Of a stretch of DNA of 64,000 nt, positions 39,433 through 51,100 are shown piece by piece. The notes below the pieces were generated by a model, which was not told the origin of the DNA, made no database searches, and saw only the letters and a list, made by a program, of their open reading frames with translations. The DNA is from Podarcis melisellensis (taxonomy: Eukaryota). The position numbers and the translations under genes are program-made. Position 1 is the stretch's first letter; the number at the start of each line of letters is the position of its first letter. The DNA lies in assembly GCA_964234715.1 (NCBI GenBank), contig OZ174280.1; one strand, 5' to 3'.

Positions 39433-39557
39433 CCTGCAAAAGAGCTCTGTGATGTTTTAAAGCTTGTCTCTTCTTCCAAGAAATGGTAGTCCAATAAGAG
39501 ATTCTACTTGACCCACCTTGTCAGTCTCTTGCTTGCATCCTGGGACTAATACGGCTG
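39433..39557 (+). mobile_element. Penelope-like element terminal (pLTR) relic
   Basis: cctgcaaaagagctctgtg...aaagcttgtctc...gtccaataagagattctacttgacccaccttgtc...atcctgggactaatacggct resembles the amniote Penelope terminal repeat as I recall it. Confidence 0.6.
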
Positions 39558-41099
39558 TGATCAGCTATTAAAAACATTCCAAGTTCATTATCTTGCAAAG
39601 ACCAGCCAGGACATGGGGCAGTGAGGCTTAAACCAATTAACAGAACACTTCAGTTTTTAAGCAAGAAGAAGCTGTGAGTCAGGTCTTCAAGAGAGGGATG
39701 TCAATGCAACAGGAAGAAACATGTCACGGGTCACAGCAACTCTGAACAGAGGGGCCTGTTAGATCTTAACGATGGTTGGGAAAAGCTGGTCAACTCAGGT
39801 CAGATAGTGCTGTTGCCAAGTCTAGGCTCTGCCACAGAATGCTTCCAAAGAAAGAAAACTTGAAGTTTTCAAGAGCAATATAGAAGTCAGCCAGATCTCC
39901 CAGAAAACAGGAATCCTGCAAGCAGCACAGTGCGAAAGTGAATGATCAAGCTCCTCATATACTGGCAAAAATCTCATGTAGTCTCTAAACAAAATACCTG
40001 GTGAATGTATGCAGGAATTTCACCTCCGATTTTAGTGAAAAGAAAACAAACAGATGAAAATAACAGAAATTAGTCAAAAGGACTAAACAAAAAACCCTGG
40101 ACTTAGTTTTAACTAGGCACACTTAGAACAGCTCTTTCTGTTAGGCTGACAGAAATAAATACATAAATGGATGGTTAAAGAGATTATTTTGTCCTGACCA
40201 TGAACACTTAAGAATAAAATGCTCAGCATGAAAGGGCCTCTTTCAGAAGCAAATGGTGTCAAAGGAAAAAAAACTTATTCTAATTATATAATTAATATTA
40301 TCATACCACCCAGCTTCGTATCATGCTTCTGAGTGAAGTTACATAGAACCAAAAATCAAAGGCAAGGGAGGGCCTAGTAGGTACGCAGAACAAAAACAGG
40401 ATGTGTTATGAATTCCAAAGACGAATTCCAATTTGAGAAGTATTTGGCATCTCTAATTATAAAAAAATCTCTGAGCCCAGTTTTTAAACTGCTCTCCTTT
40501 CCTCATCTCAAGCCAGGTAAGACAAGAGGAGAAGCTGGTAGTTGTTCTGGGCTTCAAAACTTCCAATAGATGAATGATTGAAAATTCAGTAATACACACT
40601 CAATCAAAACACTCATAGGTAAACCCTGAAAGAGATAAAACATCACGGCAGAGACAGTCAAGGGTGATCAATTTTGAATGAAACAATTTTTTGGCCTTAA
40701 AATCCAGAACATTTTGTGACGGCATCCACCTGTCTCCAGTCTGAAAGTCCTGATAACTAGTTCCAAACAGAGCAAACTAAATTTATGCCCATTTAGCACA
40801 GTGGCTACGGTAAGTCAACATCCCATTATTAGCTGTCCATTAGTCAATTGGCTTTAGGTGGGAGAACTATGTTTAAAAGATCACGCTATACCTCACACAT
40901 GCTGGGTAGCAAGACACCCCTTACTGTCCCCCTGTCCAAAGGGAAACTTCTTTAAAGGCCTATTTCAATCCTTGCCAACCCTTTTTTGCTAGAGGAAAAG
41001 GGGAGGGATAGTAAGAAGTTAAAGAGAATTGTCTTGCTACTCAAAGCCTTTAACAACTATTTTTAATATCAGGCTGAGGAGCTGGATTTTGAAATGAAA

Positions 41100-41850
41100 C
41101 AGCCAGTTCCCCTTTGATGCAGGAACTACAGATCTTGAAACAAGGTCCATTCCCTCCTCCTTCACTAACTAACAGCCATATTTCTCTCATTAAAAGGCAA
41201 TCTGACTGTATTTCCAAACTTCTTAACAAGGCGATCACCGTAATTTGAGGTTTCTATTATCCCTGTCCTATTTCAGTTGGATCGAGAAGCAGTGTGCTCT
41301 TTGGGGGCTGGGGGGTGCAGTTGCCTCTGTTCACCACCCTCTCAAACTGCTGCCAGTGATAATGATGACTTGTGAATATTGATTAAACAAGACTACCGAG
41401 AGGGGGATGTTGGCTTTTTTTGTTCTGGGTGGAAGCAGATAATAAGAAATAAAATATAAGCCAAATCAAAATGAAGTTTGTTTATCTCCCATCTAGAGTT
41501 TGGTCTTATACCTCCTGGAGGATACAAATTAATCTGATGCACCCTTTCTCCTTCCTATCACTTCCAATCTCCCATCACCCTGTCCCCTTCCCAAACGCAT
41601 AGAGCTAGAGCTCCAAAACACCTCCCTCTTTGGATTGTTCTCTGCCCGCCCAGCACCCTCACTCCTCTGAGCCAGCTCTGCCAGATGGATGCAATTTGCA
41701 TAATATCACCAGCAGAGGCTGCAGGATCAACAGGGGTCAGGCTCTGACATCTCCAGCACAGTCTATCTCCGAGTGCTAATTTGGACTGCATTGATCTCTC
41801 TTTCTGATTTCTTTGTCATTTATGTCTGCAGCAGTTTGACAGGAGATATG
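41100..41850. promoter_or_regulatory. Candidate conserved non-coding element cluster
   Basis: Repeat-free. E-box CAGATGG (41682-41688) next to POU site ATTTGCATAAT (41694-41704). Also ctcattaa, tgattaaacaa, gctaattt and tttgtcatt. Confidence 0.45.
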
Positions 41851-43382
41851 GAGACAGGCAAGGTGGGGGGGAGAGAGGCAAGTGGGGGGAGGCAAGGAGA
41901 GAAACAAAGATTGTAGTTACAGATGTCTTTAAGGAAAGAAAAAGATTAAGCCAAGGACTCCGCTGAGGGTCGAAGCTCAGAGACATCCTAATTACCTTGT
42001 TCTTAGGGATTCTTGTACAGACTTAGAGGGGGGTCTTGTCATGGAACTTGCAGGAAAGGAAACTTGTTAAATTGCAATGGAGTGCCTCCAGTTGGCTGCT
42101 ATCCACACACCCCCACAGCCCACCCCCATGCCACACCTCTCAGTGGTTTCTCATTAGGTAAATGCTGGGCTGCTAAAAGCCAGAATCATCCAAAAGCACA
42201 TCCTCACCTCCATACCTCTCCAGAATGTCTCATTAAAGACAAAAACAAGGCCGCTCCATAATGCAGCCAGGTGCCTTCTCAAAAAGCTGGCAATGAGCAA
42301 TTTCCCTGCCACACACCCATGGTTTGGAATGTAATGGGGAAAGTCCAGCCCCTCGCCAAAGCACCATCAGTGCCCAGCCACAATGCAGGATGCTTTCTGC
42401 TTTGATTATGTTTTCACATTGTTTTATGCATTTAATATTCAACTTTAATGTCAACCAACTTGAGGGCCTTTGATAGACAGAAAAGATGTGGGAGGGGCCA
42501 AGCATGCTATAAATACTTTCCTTCTTTAAGCAAAGCTCTGTTAGATACACCTATTCAAAACATTCCATTTACACTCATTTTTATGCACTTTGCACGATCT
42601 TTTGCCTGCCCATTTCCGAAAGCATTAAGTTTCAACATGTTGGTAGCCAGTCAGCATTTGAAGTAGGCCCTAATATCTCCTCTTCCCCAAGTCCCCTGTC
42701 TCTCCTACACAGAAGACTTGGGAGAGGAATTCAGTCTCTCACCACATACTAGGCTTGAACCCTTTCAGAAACAGCACTGGGAAACGTTTCTATCTACTTG
42801 AATAAGTCTCCAGATCATGGTGTAAGCAAACTAAATCTCTTTACCTCTCTTTTCCCCAAGTTCTAAAGAAGATTGGAGAGGGAAGGAATCATTCTAGCAT
42901 CTTGCACAGGATTCACTTATGAGTGTCTCCCAGACCAGCATCAGCTATGGAGTCTGCACAACCTGTTTCCTGATTTGGATGAAGAGCTATTTTAAGAGGA
43001 GGAGGAGGAGAAGGAGGAGGAGGAATATTAAAAAATGAGTTTTTCCAAAGTCCCATGCTCTTTGTGTGCATGTGTGAAGCTGTACAAAACAGCTTCACAA
43101 ACTCTGTTCCTAGCCTTTTCTAATGTACTGACATCACCTCAGTCCTCAACTTCAGGGAAGGCAGCTACAGGATATGTGTTTGATGTGTTGGAGATCCAGC
43201 TTGTGAAAATCCAGACACAGGCTAAGGATGACCCTCTTCTAACACTAGTCAGAGCCTGAGGTCCAGACATTCAGTGACATGAGTGAGCACATTTAGACAA
43301 GGCTGTTCCATGCCCTCACCAAAATCCACCGTTTAATCCGGCTAACTGCTGGGGTTTTTTTCTTCTAAAAGGAGAAGCACTT

Positions 43383-43732
43383 GCTGTGGGTTAAAGCCTC
43401 AGTGCCTAGGACTTGCCGATCGAAAGGTCGGCGGTTCGAATCCCCGCGGCGGGGTGCGCTCCCGCTGCTCGGTCCCAGCGCCTGCCAACCTAGCACTTCG
43501 AAAGCACCTCTGGGTGCAAGTAGATAAATAGGGACCGCTTACCAGCGGGAAGGTAAACGGCGTTTCCGTGTGCAGCTCTGGCTCGCCAGAGCAGCGATGT
43601 CACGCTGGCCACGTGACCCGGAAGTGTCTCCGGACAGCGCTGGCCCCTGGCCTCTTAAGTGAGATGGGCGCACAACCCCAGAGTCTGTCAAGACTGGCCC
43701 GTACGGGCAGGGGTACCTTTACCTTTACCTTT
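43383..43732 (+). mobile_element. Sauria SINE, young CpG-rich copy
   Basis: ggttcgaatcc box B, gtgcaagtagataaatagggacc core, (ACCTTT)3 tail. Most CpGs intact. Confidence 0.97.
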
Positions 43733-44149
43733 TTATGCATGTGTTTGTGTGGTTTAAGCAACATACACATGAATGAAAAAGTTTCTTTGCAGCATTCCTC
43801 CCCAATAGTTTTGAAGAAAGAAGCTGCACTAATGACTGCATGCAGCAAAAAACAAACAAACCCATATGGTCTGGACTGTATCACTAGCAATCAAGCTAAA
43901 ATGGCCAATGCAGCTCACTTGGCAGCGACTATCATGGATAGCCTACCCAAAATATTATGGGTCTACCTCTGCCATTGCTGGGTGTGGAAACTATGCTGCA
44001 GTGAATAGCAGAATGACATAGAAAGACAAGAAGTCAACACAAACACCCAATCATATTCTATCATCCCACCCCCACCCCCCACCCCCGGCAACCCAGTTTC
44101 TTTGTTAACCATAGGAAACAGTTGAAAGGCCTTGAGTTCTCCATTGTAA

Positions 44150-44570
44150 CATGCATAGGAATAGAGCAGCAGTGATAAGAACATGCCCCCTGCCGCTGCC
44201 AGGAAAAAAGAAGCGCTGAATCTTTGCTAAAAAGGGCTGAACGCTGGCAAGAGTGTTCTGTCACTTTTGCGCACAGTAATCCACTGTGCCACTGAGTCCC
44301 ATCAGAGGGATTTTGAAAACTTAAATGACTGAAAGCAAAAGAGCACCAGCTCAAGGTTCCCAGCCAGCCCAGACATCCTAATTAGCTTTACACACACTCC
44401 CACTCGGAGGGGAGAGAGCACACACACAAAAAGGACTGTCACTTTGCTTTTTTCTCTTTCTAAAAGCGTGTCTGCGCTTACTGGCTTTCCCACTGTGACA
44501 CCTCTCACAGTAGTTAATTAGAATCATGTCACCACGTTAATGCGCTCTGACTGGACGCTGACAGACATTC
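44150..44570. promoter_or_regulatory. Candidate conserved non-coding element
   Basis: Repeat-free, CpG retained. ctaattagc, gttaattag, gttaatgc and several TGTCA/TGACA (Meis-type) cores. Confidence 0.45.
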
Positions 44571-45914
44571 GGCCTGTATCCTGCCCAAACCCCCTCCTCC
44601 CAGGCCAACAGTACCTACGCAAAGCACCTCTCTGCTTCCAAAAACCTCTCCTCACATCCTGGGCAGAAAGGGCCTTGTCTCGTCCACCCGCCTGCCAGCC
44701 CATACTCTCTCCTTGCCAGAAATATCTGCCATATTGCCTCACTCACGGAGCATCCGCTTCACCTGTTTTGAGCTTCCTGACCTTTAGCAGCACTAATTCA
44801 AAATGACACTGCTCATTTGATGACATTTCTGATGATTTTTATTTTAGTCTCTTTTAATTATTTAACTCTGGAGTCTTTGGCCCTATCCCTTAGGCTGTGA
44901 GATAGTTGGCCCCCTACCATAAATCTGGTCTAGGGCCACACCCCACTCCTGCCCATTCTCTGTGAGTAAGGGGCACCACAGTGAATCAAACGTAGAGCAA
45001 GATGTTCACAACAGACTGATGTGATGTAGTTTGAGAAACCTTAAAACTGGGAACTGGGCCATATCAGTCACAAGATCTCCTGCTTATGTCAGAAAACCAT
45101 TGCTTGGAAAGCTATCAAGGGATCAGAATTTAGAAAGGCACTTTCTTTTTAAATACAATCAGATTCTGAAGAATCTGAGCAGCTACCAACTTCATCATGG
45201 CCATGGCACACTTCAAGACTGAGCTGCATCTAACAAAGTTGTTCTGTTCATGTAAGGACTTCTGCTTGCACAATAGAACTTCCTCTCCCTCTCCTCACCT
45301 CATGTACCAATCTGCTCTCAAGTTTTCCCCAAACCACCAGGGCAAATTTGAGGAGTGGGGGGCATGCGGGGAAAAGAGACGGAGGGGAAGTTCCTTGCAT
45401 GAATAGGACAATTTCACTGGATTCAACCATCTAAGAGGATTTCACTACAGTTTGTCTGGAGCTGCTGCCAGGTAATGCATAGAAGCACATGGCACACAGG
45501 TCTTCAGGCATGCTAAAATTAGTATGTTTTCAGTGCCTTGGTTCTCTCTACCTTGAAGTCAAACAGTATGAAGGAAAGATATACTATTAGATCATGTCTT
45601 TAATTCCCCCCCCCCATATCACATTTTTCAATTCAAAATGCTTTTTTCGGCTATTAGAAAAACTTTGAAATATTTATATCTAAAATTATCAAGGCACACT
45701 AAGCACAAATGAAACAAACTATTTAGGGCAGCAGAATATATTCCAATTCAAATTTTTCCACAGTATCCACATTCACTGTTTGATACCCAAGACAAGTATT
45801 AATGAGAAGAGTATATACCCTGAAATGCAGAGAGGCCAAGAGAGTGCACAGAAACAAGAAAGAACATGCACAGTAAATAAAGTCCAAAAAGACTAAAACA
45901 GTGGATGAAGTGAA

Positions 45915-46187
45915 GCCCTTGCTGAGTGGTATGGAGTTGGTTGTGTGCTGACTGAATCTGTTAACAAATGAATATGCTGTCTCCTAGGTGAGCAGATCCA
46001 GGATGTGATGAACAAGTTGTCAAGTCTTATCAAGTTCACCGATCATTATCCTTTCTTGCTTTTCCCCAAGGGAATGAATTACACCAGAGACAACTATGAA
46101 CGTATCACATTCGACTACAAAACTCTGAGGGGGGAGGTGAAGGACCTTGGGGCTCAGGTGATGTCCTTGTCAATTCTTCCTGTAAAA
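45915..46187 (+). mobile_element. CR1 ORF1 (esterase domain) remnant
   Basis: Translation LSSLIKFTDHYPFLLF..GMN...ERITFDYKTLRGEVKDLGAQVMSLSILPV matches the CR1 ORF1 SGNH-esterase pattern (..DYYPFLL.HVGTND...GAQVVFSSILPV). Confidence 0.8.
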
Positions 46188-47067
46188 CAGGAATGAGGAA
46201 TCTCCAACCCACCAAGCCTCTCCATGTGGCTCCTGACTCTCTCCCCAGGCTATGTCCCCTTTCCCCTCACCGACTCACTGCAGTACTCAGTGCACCGACT
46301 CACTCACCGACTCAGGAACAACAAGCGCTGAAAAATCCTGTAGATAAAAGTGCAGACCATTTTTTTCCCTTGCGCATTGCTGCAATGTGTCCCTAAGCTG
46401 TGGTAACAGAAAATATACAAGGGAAGTCCACCTTCCTGGGAAGAATGTGTCCTTCATTGTGAAAAACATGCTTATGATTTTGCCTTCTGGGACGTTGTGC
46501 TCCTATGAGCTTCCCCAACAGTTTGGCCATTGTGGGGACAGCATAATACAGGCCTTTGGTCTGATCCAACAGGGCTGTTCTTATGCTCCACTAATCACAT
46601 ATTCCTCTTTTGGCTCCACTCCTTCCCTATTTTAGGTCTGGCCTGATTGCTCGTGTAGCACAGCCCCTGGGTTCTTGGGCTAAAAAAATATTATTTAGGC
46701 TGCAAAAGGCAGATGACACAAAGAGTGGGGTGTGTGTGTGAATACAGCAGGTGAATAACTAGCAATGCAAATGCTGTTGAGAAGAAAGGTTGGTTTTTAG
46801 GGCCACAGCTTAATTTTCCTCAGTAAAGGACTCCTGGAAAGTAGCAGGTGAACCTGATCAGGAAGGTTTTAAACTAAAGCCTGATGTTAAGTACCCCATC
46901 CTGGTAACACTACTGATGAAGGGACGGCGGCAAATCTTCAATATAAAGTTAAGCATTAGAGAAAGAGATTTAGATATTATAGGAGAAACTGCAGGGGGAG
47001 ATGGCCGATGTGGGTGTATAGCAAAACACACAATAAAACAGCAGGAGACACATTGTAGCAGATTATT

Positions 47068-47480
47068 TAAGGTTTTTTATGTCTATACACTACTGCACAC
47101 AGCAGTAGTAGGAAATAAACAAGATGAGCTTGAACTGCTTGTAAAGCAAGGGAACTGCGACAATAGGTATTAATGGGACTTAGTGGGATGGCTACCATGA
47201 CTGAGATGTAGCAACTGAAAGATACAGCTTGTTAAAAGAGGACTGACACAACCAAAAGGGAGGGGGAGCAGCAGTATGTGTCTGCACCTGCACAGAAAAG
47301 CAAGAAAGTAAACACAGTGGGTCTATGGGGATTATATGGGTAGAATGAATTGGGAAATTAGCAAAAATAATCCAGTGATGAAGTCTGCTACAGACTCCAC
47401 ACCAATGTGATGAGTAACACATTACAGATGTTTCAAGAAAGGAGGAATTAGTAGTAATGGGGACCTACCTTGGTATCTGC
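47068..47480 (+). mobile_element. CR1 ORF2 AP-endonuclease remnant
   Basis: tgtctatacactactgcacacagc (CLYT.AHS) ... GNKQDELELLV ... gggagggggagcagcagtatgtg (GGG.A.YV-like), with frameshifts and stops. Confidence 0.8.
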
Positions 47481-47497
47481 TGTGGTGCAAACTCCAC

Positions 47498-47867
47498 TGT
47501 TTGTTTATTTATTAATTACAATTTATATACTGCTTGATTGCGGGGGGGGGGCACCCCAAAGCAGTTTACAAACAGATAAAACAATAAAACAGAGAAAATT
47601 CACAACCATGCTTTAAAACATACAAAAATTAAAATACTAAAACAGATTTAATTACTTCAACTTTCTAAACATATGGGCAGGCTTGTATAAACAAGAATGT
47701 TTATACCAAAAAGAATATGGTGAAGGCACCTGCTTGATCTCAATAGGCGGGGAGTTCCAACATGCAGCTGTTGCCAAACTAAATGGTAAGAGTTCTTACA
47801 AATGCGGAAGAGGCATTATGTGGTAGCTGTAGTAGTGCCAATTCCACTGATCAAAGCAGTTGAGTGG
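47498..47867 (-). mobile_element. L2-type LINE 3' fragment
   Basis: tttatttatt tail, atttatatactgcttgattg..caaagcagtttaca, and gaaggcacctgcttgatctcaataggcggggagttcca typical of reversed L2 ends. Confidence 0.6.
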
Positions 47868-48198
47868 AGATTGTAAGGAGGCATAATAGCAATCTTCAAA
47901 TATCTAATAGGCTGTCACATGTAAGAAGCTTCTTTTCTCCTGCTGCAGAGGCTAGGACCCAAACTAATGGCGTCAAGTTACAATAAAGGAGATTCTGACT
48001 AAACATCAAGAATAGCTTTCAGACAGTAAGAGCTGTTTGGCAGTGGAATGGACACCTATGAATGGTAGTGGGCTCTCCTTCCTTGGAGGTTTCTCAGCAG
48101 AGGTTGGATGGCCATCTGTCATGGATGATCTAGTTGAGATCATTGCAGGGTTTGGACTAGATGACCCTCAAGGTACCTTACAACTCTACAATCTGTGA
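47868..48198 (+). mobile_element. CR1 LINE 3' end
   Basis: atagcaatcttcaaatatct...ggctctccttccttggaggtt...cagaggttggatggccatctgtc...ggactagatgaccctcaaggtaccttacaactctacaatctgtga. Confidence 0.88.
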
Positions 48199-51100
48199 GC
48201 AGTTCAACAATGGAACTAATTAATCCTAAGATCTTCAAGCAGAGGTTGGACTGCAATCTGTTGGGGGTGGTTTAAGCTCAGGATTTTCAGAATCAAGGAG
48301 GGCATTGGACTAAATGCGCTAAGAAACTAGATTTCTATGAGGTTGTTATGGACTACCAAAGGGCAGCCCAACGTACTAGCTTCCAGAACAAAGAACATTG
48401 CATGACAAGGTATGTCATTCCTACAGTAAACAGCCCCGGCTTGCTGGCACACACGGCAAGTGCATGAACACACCCACACAGGCACAATCATACGTGTCCT
48501 TTTACATTAGACATGAAAGCCTGCCTGTGTCTCTCCAAACACAAACTCTATATACAGAATGAGGAGTTTGTAAAGATAAGAGTCTGCACCATGGCAGCTC
48601 CCCATGGGGCAGGCGGGTGGCCAGCTTGGTGGGAGTTAATTAGAATCTTGTCACTAAGTGAATGCGCCCTGCCTGGACTATGACAGATGCTCCCCTCTGA
48701 CACTGGGGGCCAGGAGACAATCCACATCAAGCTACTGCAGGATGACCCTTTTAACACAAAGAGTAAACTCACTGCACAGCAAGTTGAAGCTCATTAAAAC
48801 TGTCTACTCTGTGAGCATCCCATTAACCTCCCTGTTAAAAACACGCAATCCCTCTTCTTCTTCTGCAGGCCTAATTAATGCTCAGGATCAGGAACAATAT
48901 AACACCCTAACCTTCCTAGATTTCCAATCAGTAAATGAAAAGAGAGAGGGGAAGCCAGAAAGATACAGATGCATCACCTGCACTTCACACCGTATTGGTG
49001 GTTGACCCTTTCAAATAGGTAGGCTTTCCCATGAGGCTTTCGTGAGTTAAGGGAGATGGCCTGTGCATAGCCAGGGCAGTGTAATCAGGCTGCCATTTGC
49101 ACTACATGCTTTGGTTGGGCAGCTTGTAAGGCATCTACATTCAATTTCCAAAATTGCTCTGCATGCTAGGGTATATGTGTGCACATACGCAGTTCTCAAT
49201 TCCTTCCCACACTCCAAACAGCCCCATAGTCAGTTCATGGGTGCTAGCTTTTTGATTCATGCAGCAATGAGTAGATTAGGCTACTGCATATGCACTAACT
49301 AGGGGTTTGTTGGGAAGGAAGTCAAGTTGTATAGACAGAAAGGAAGGAAAACAGGTAGTCCTTGGCAAATCATCAGCAGAGTTGTCTAACCAGTGTTCAG
49401 CACTTGCTGAACAATGAAAGCGAAGAGGCTCCCTCAGATCTCAGCCCATTCTATTGTAGGGTGTGTAAAGCAAAAACAAACAAACAAAACTGCTACTTCA
49501 TGGCAACTCGGCCTAGAGGCCAGCATACAACTATAACTGCAGGGTCCTTCTTCGACCCTTTACCACAGGAAGGGAAAACAAAGGAACTCCATGCCACTAC
49601 AGGGATGCTAAGCAAACCATGCACAGCCAGAAGCGATAAAGCTTGAGGTGACTTGTATGGGAGAAGCTGCTCCCCAAGATATGCTAGGCACAAACCATTT
49701 GGGCTTTTATAGCCACCACTTTAAATCAGGCCTGAAAGATAATTTGCAGCCAAGAAACTGAGGAAGAATTGCCTTAATATATTCTCTGTGCCCATTTCTC
49801 AGAAAGCTCACCACAGAATTCTGTGCCTGATAAGAGTTTCCAAATCATTGTCAAGGACAGTCCTGTGTAGACTGCACATTACAATACTTTATCTGAAAGG
49901 TTACCAAAGAATGGAGCAGAGTGAGGACAGGTATGTCTCCCAGGCTCCCTCAGCCACTGTATCAGAGGAAGAAAGTGAGAGGTTGCATCCAGAACATGTG
50001 ATCCTCCCCTACAACAGACTGCCAACCATCACACCTGTTGTCTAGATTCAGTCTAGCATTCATCCAGCCCAGAATGTGCTGCTGCTGCTCCTTGATGTGA
50101 TGATGAAGAAGAACAACAACAGAGCTGAATCTCATCAGAATATCTGATTTGAAGTTGCTTCATCTCTAGTGAGACTACTCCACCTGCCAATCAACCCCTC
50201 TTTCACTATTTCTGCACCCTATCGGGGCTCCTGGCCTCCCCAATTGAAGTGCTTGATCTGAAATGTTCTAGACCAAACTAACATGACATTACACCGTTTA
50301 TGGCAAGTAACACTTACTAAAGTCACTGTCAAGCATTCAGAAATCATATACCGTATTTTAAGAATATTTTTCTATATAAATGCGCAATGGTTACTGAATA
50401 GGTCCAGAGAAAAAAAACACATTACTGTCTTCCAGTAATGGAAAATATTTATTAATTTTAAAACTACACTTGACACACATTGTTAGGGTCTACACAAATT
50501 GTAAAAGAGCCACGACAAGCTTGAACGAATCACAACTCCAAAAGCTGCTTTACCATTGTTTGCAAAATGGAGTATGTTTGGGAGAGTAGGGAGACATACT
50601 TGGCACAATACTACAGTGAGAAGGAAAACTTCCCTTGTTAAAATGAGAAGTCAGGCTCGACAACCTTACTCAAGGGCTAACTGCTGGGCTCAGAGCAGAT
50701 ATGGCGCAGTGTTTAACCTCAGCGCTACAACCTCAGATGGCATGCAAGTGCATCACACCAAAAGCAGCAGCAGTAGCAGCAGCATGTGCTCCCACCTCAA
50801 GGCTGTTTAACTGAAATGAAGAAGCAAGAGCCCCTGGAAAGAAAAGTCAGTCAAGAAGATTGGGGAAAATAAACCACTATTGTGCACTGCTATCCAGCAG
50901 GGCAAAGCCAACTAATGACAGTCCGATAAATGTACAAGGTAATTAAAGGAAGTGACAGATTATATTCTAGGGATGTTTGTTGCTTTAGTGTGGTAAGAGG
51001 AGACACTATAAACACTCCTATAAAACACAGAGAGGAGATGAATGGTTCTAAGGGGTCCCTAGCAACAACGTGATACAGGTTTTGCATCAGGCTCCCCCTC

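Noticed and set aside
43568-44008. 146-aa ORF and other ORFs overlapping Sauria SINEs (36076, 43600, 62457)
   Set aside because: Translations of SINE sequence, not genes.
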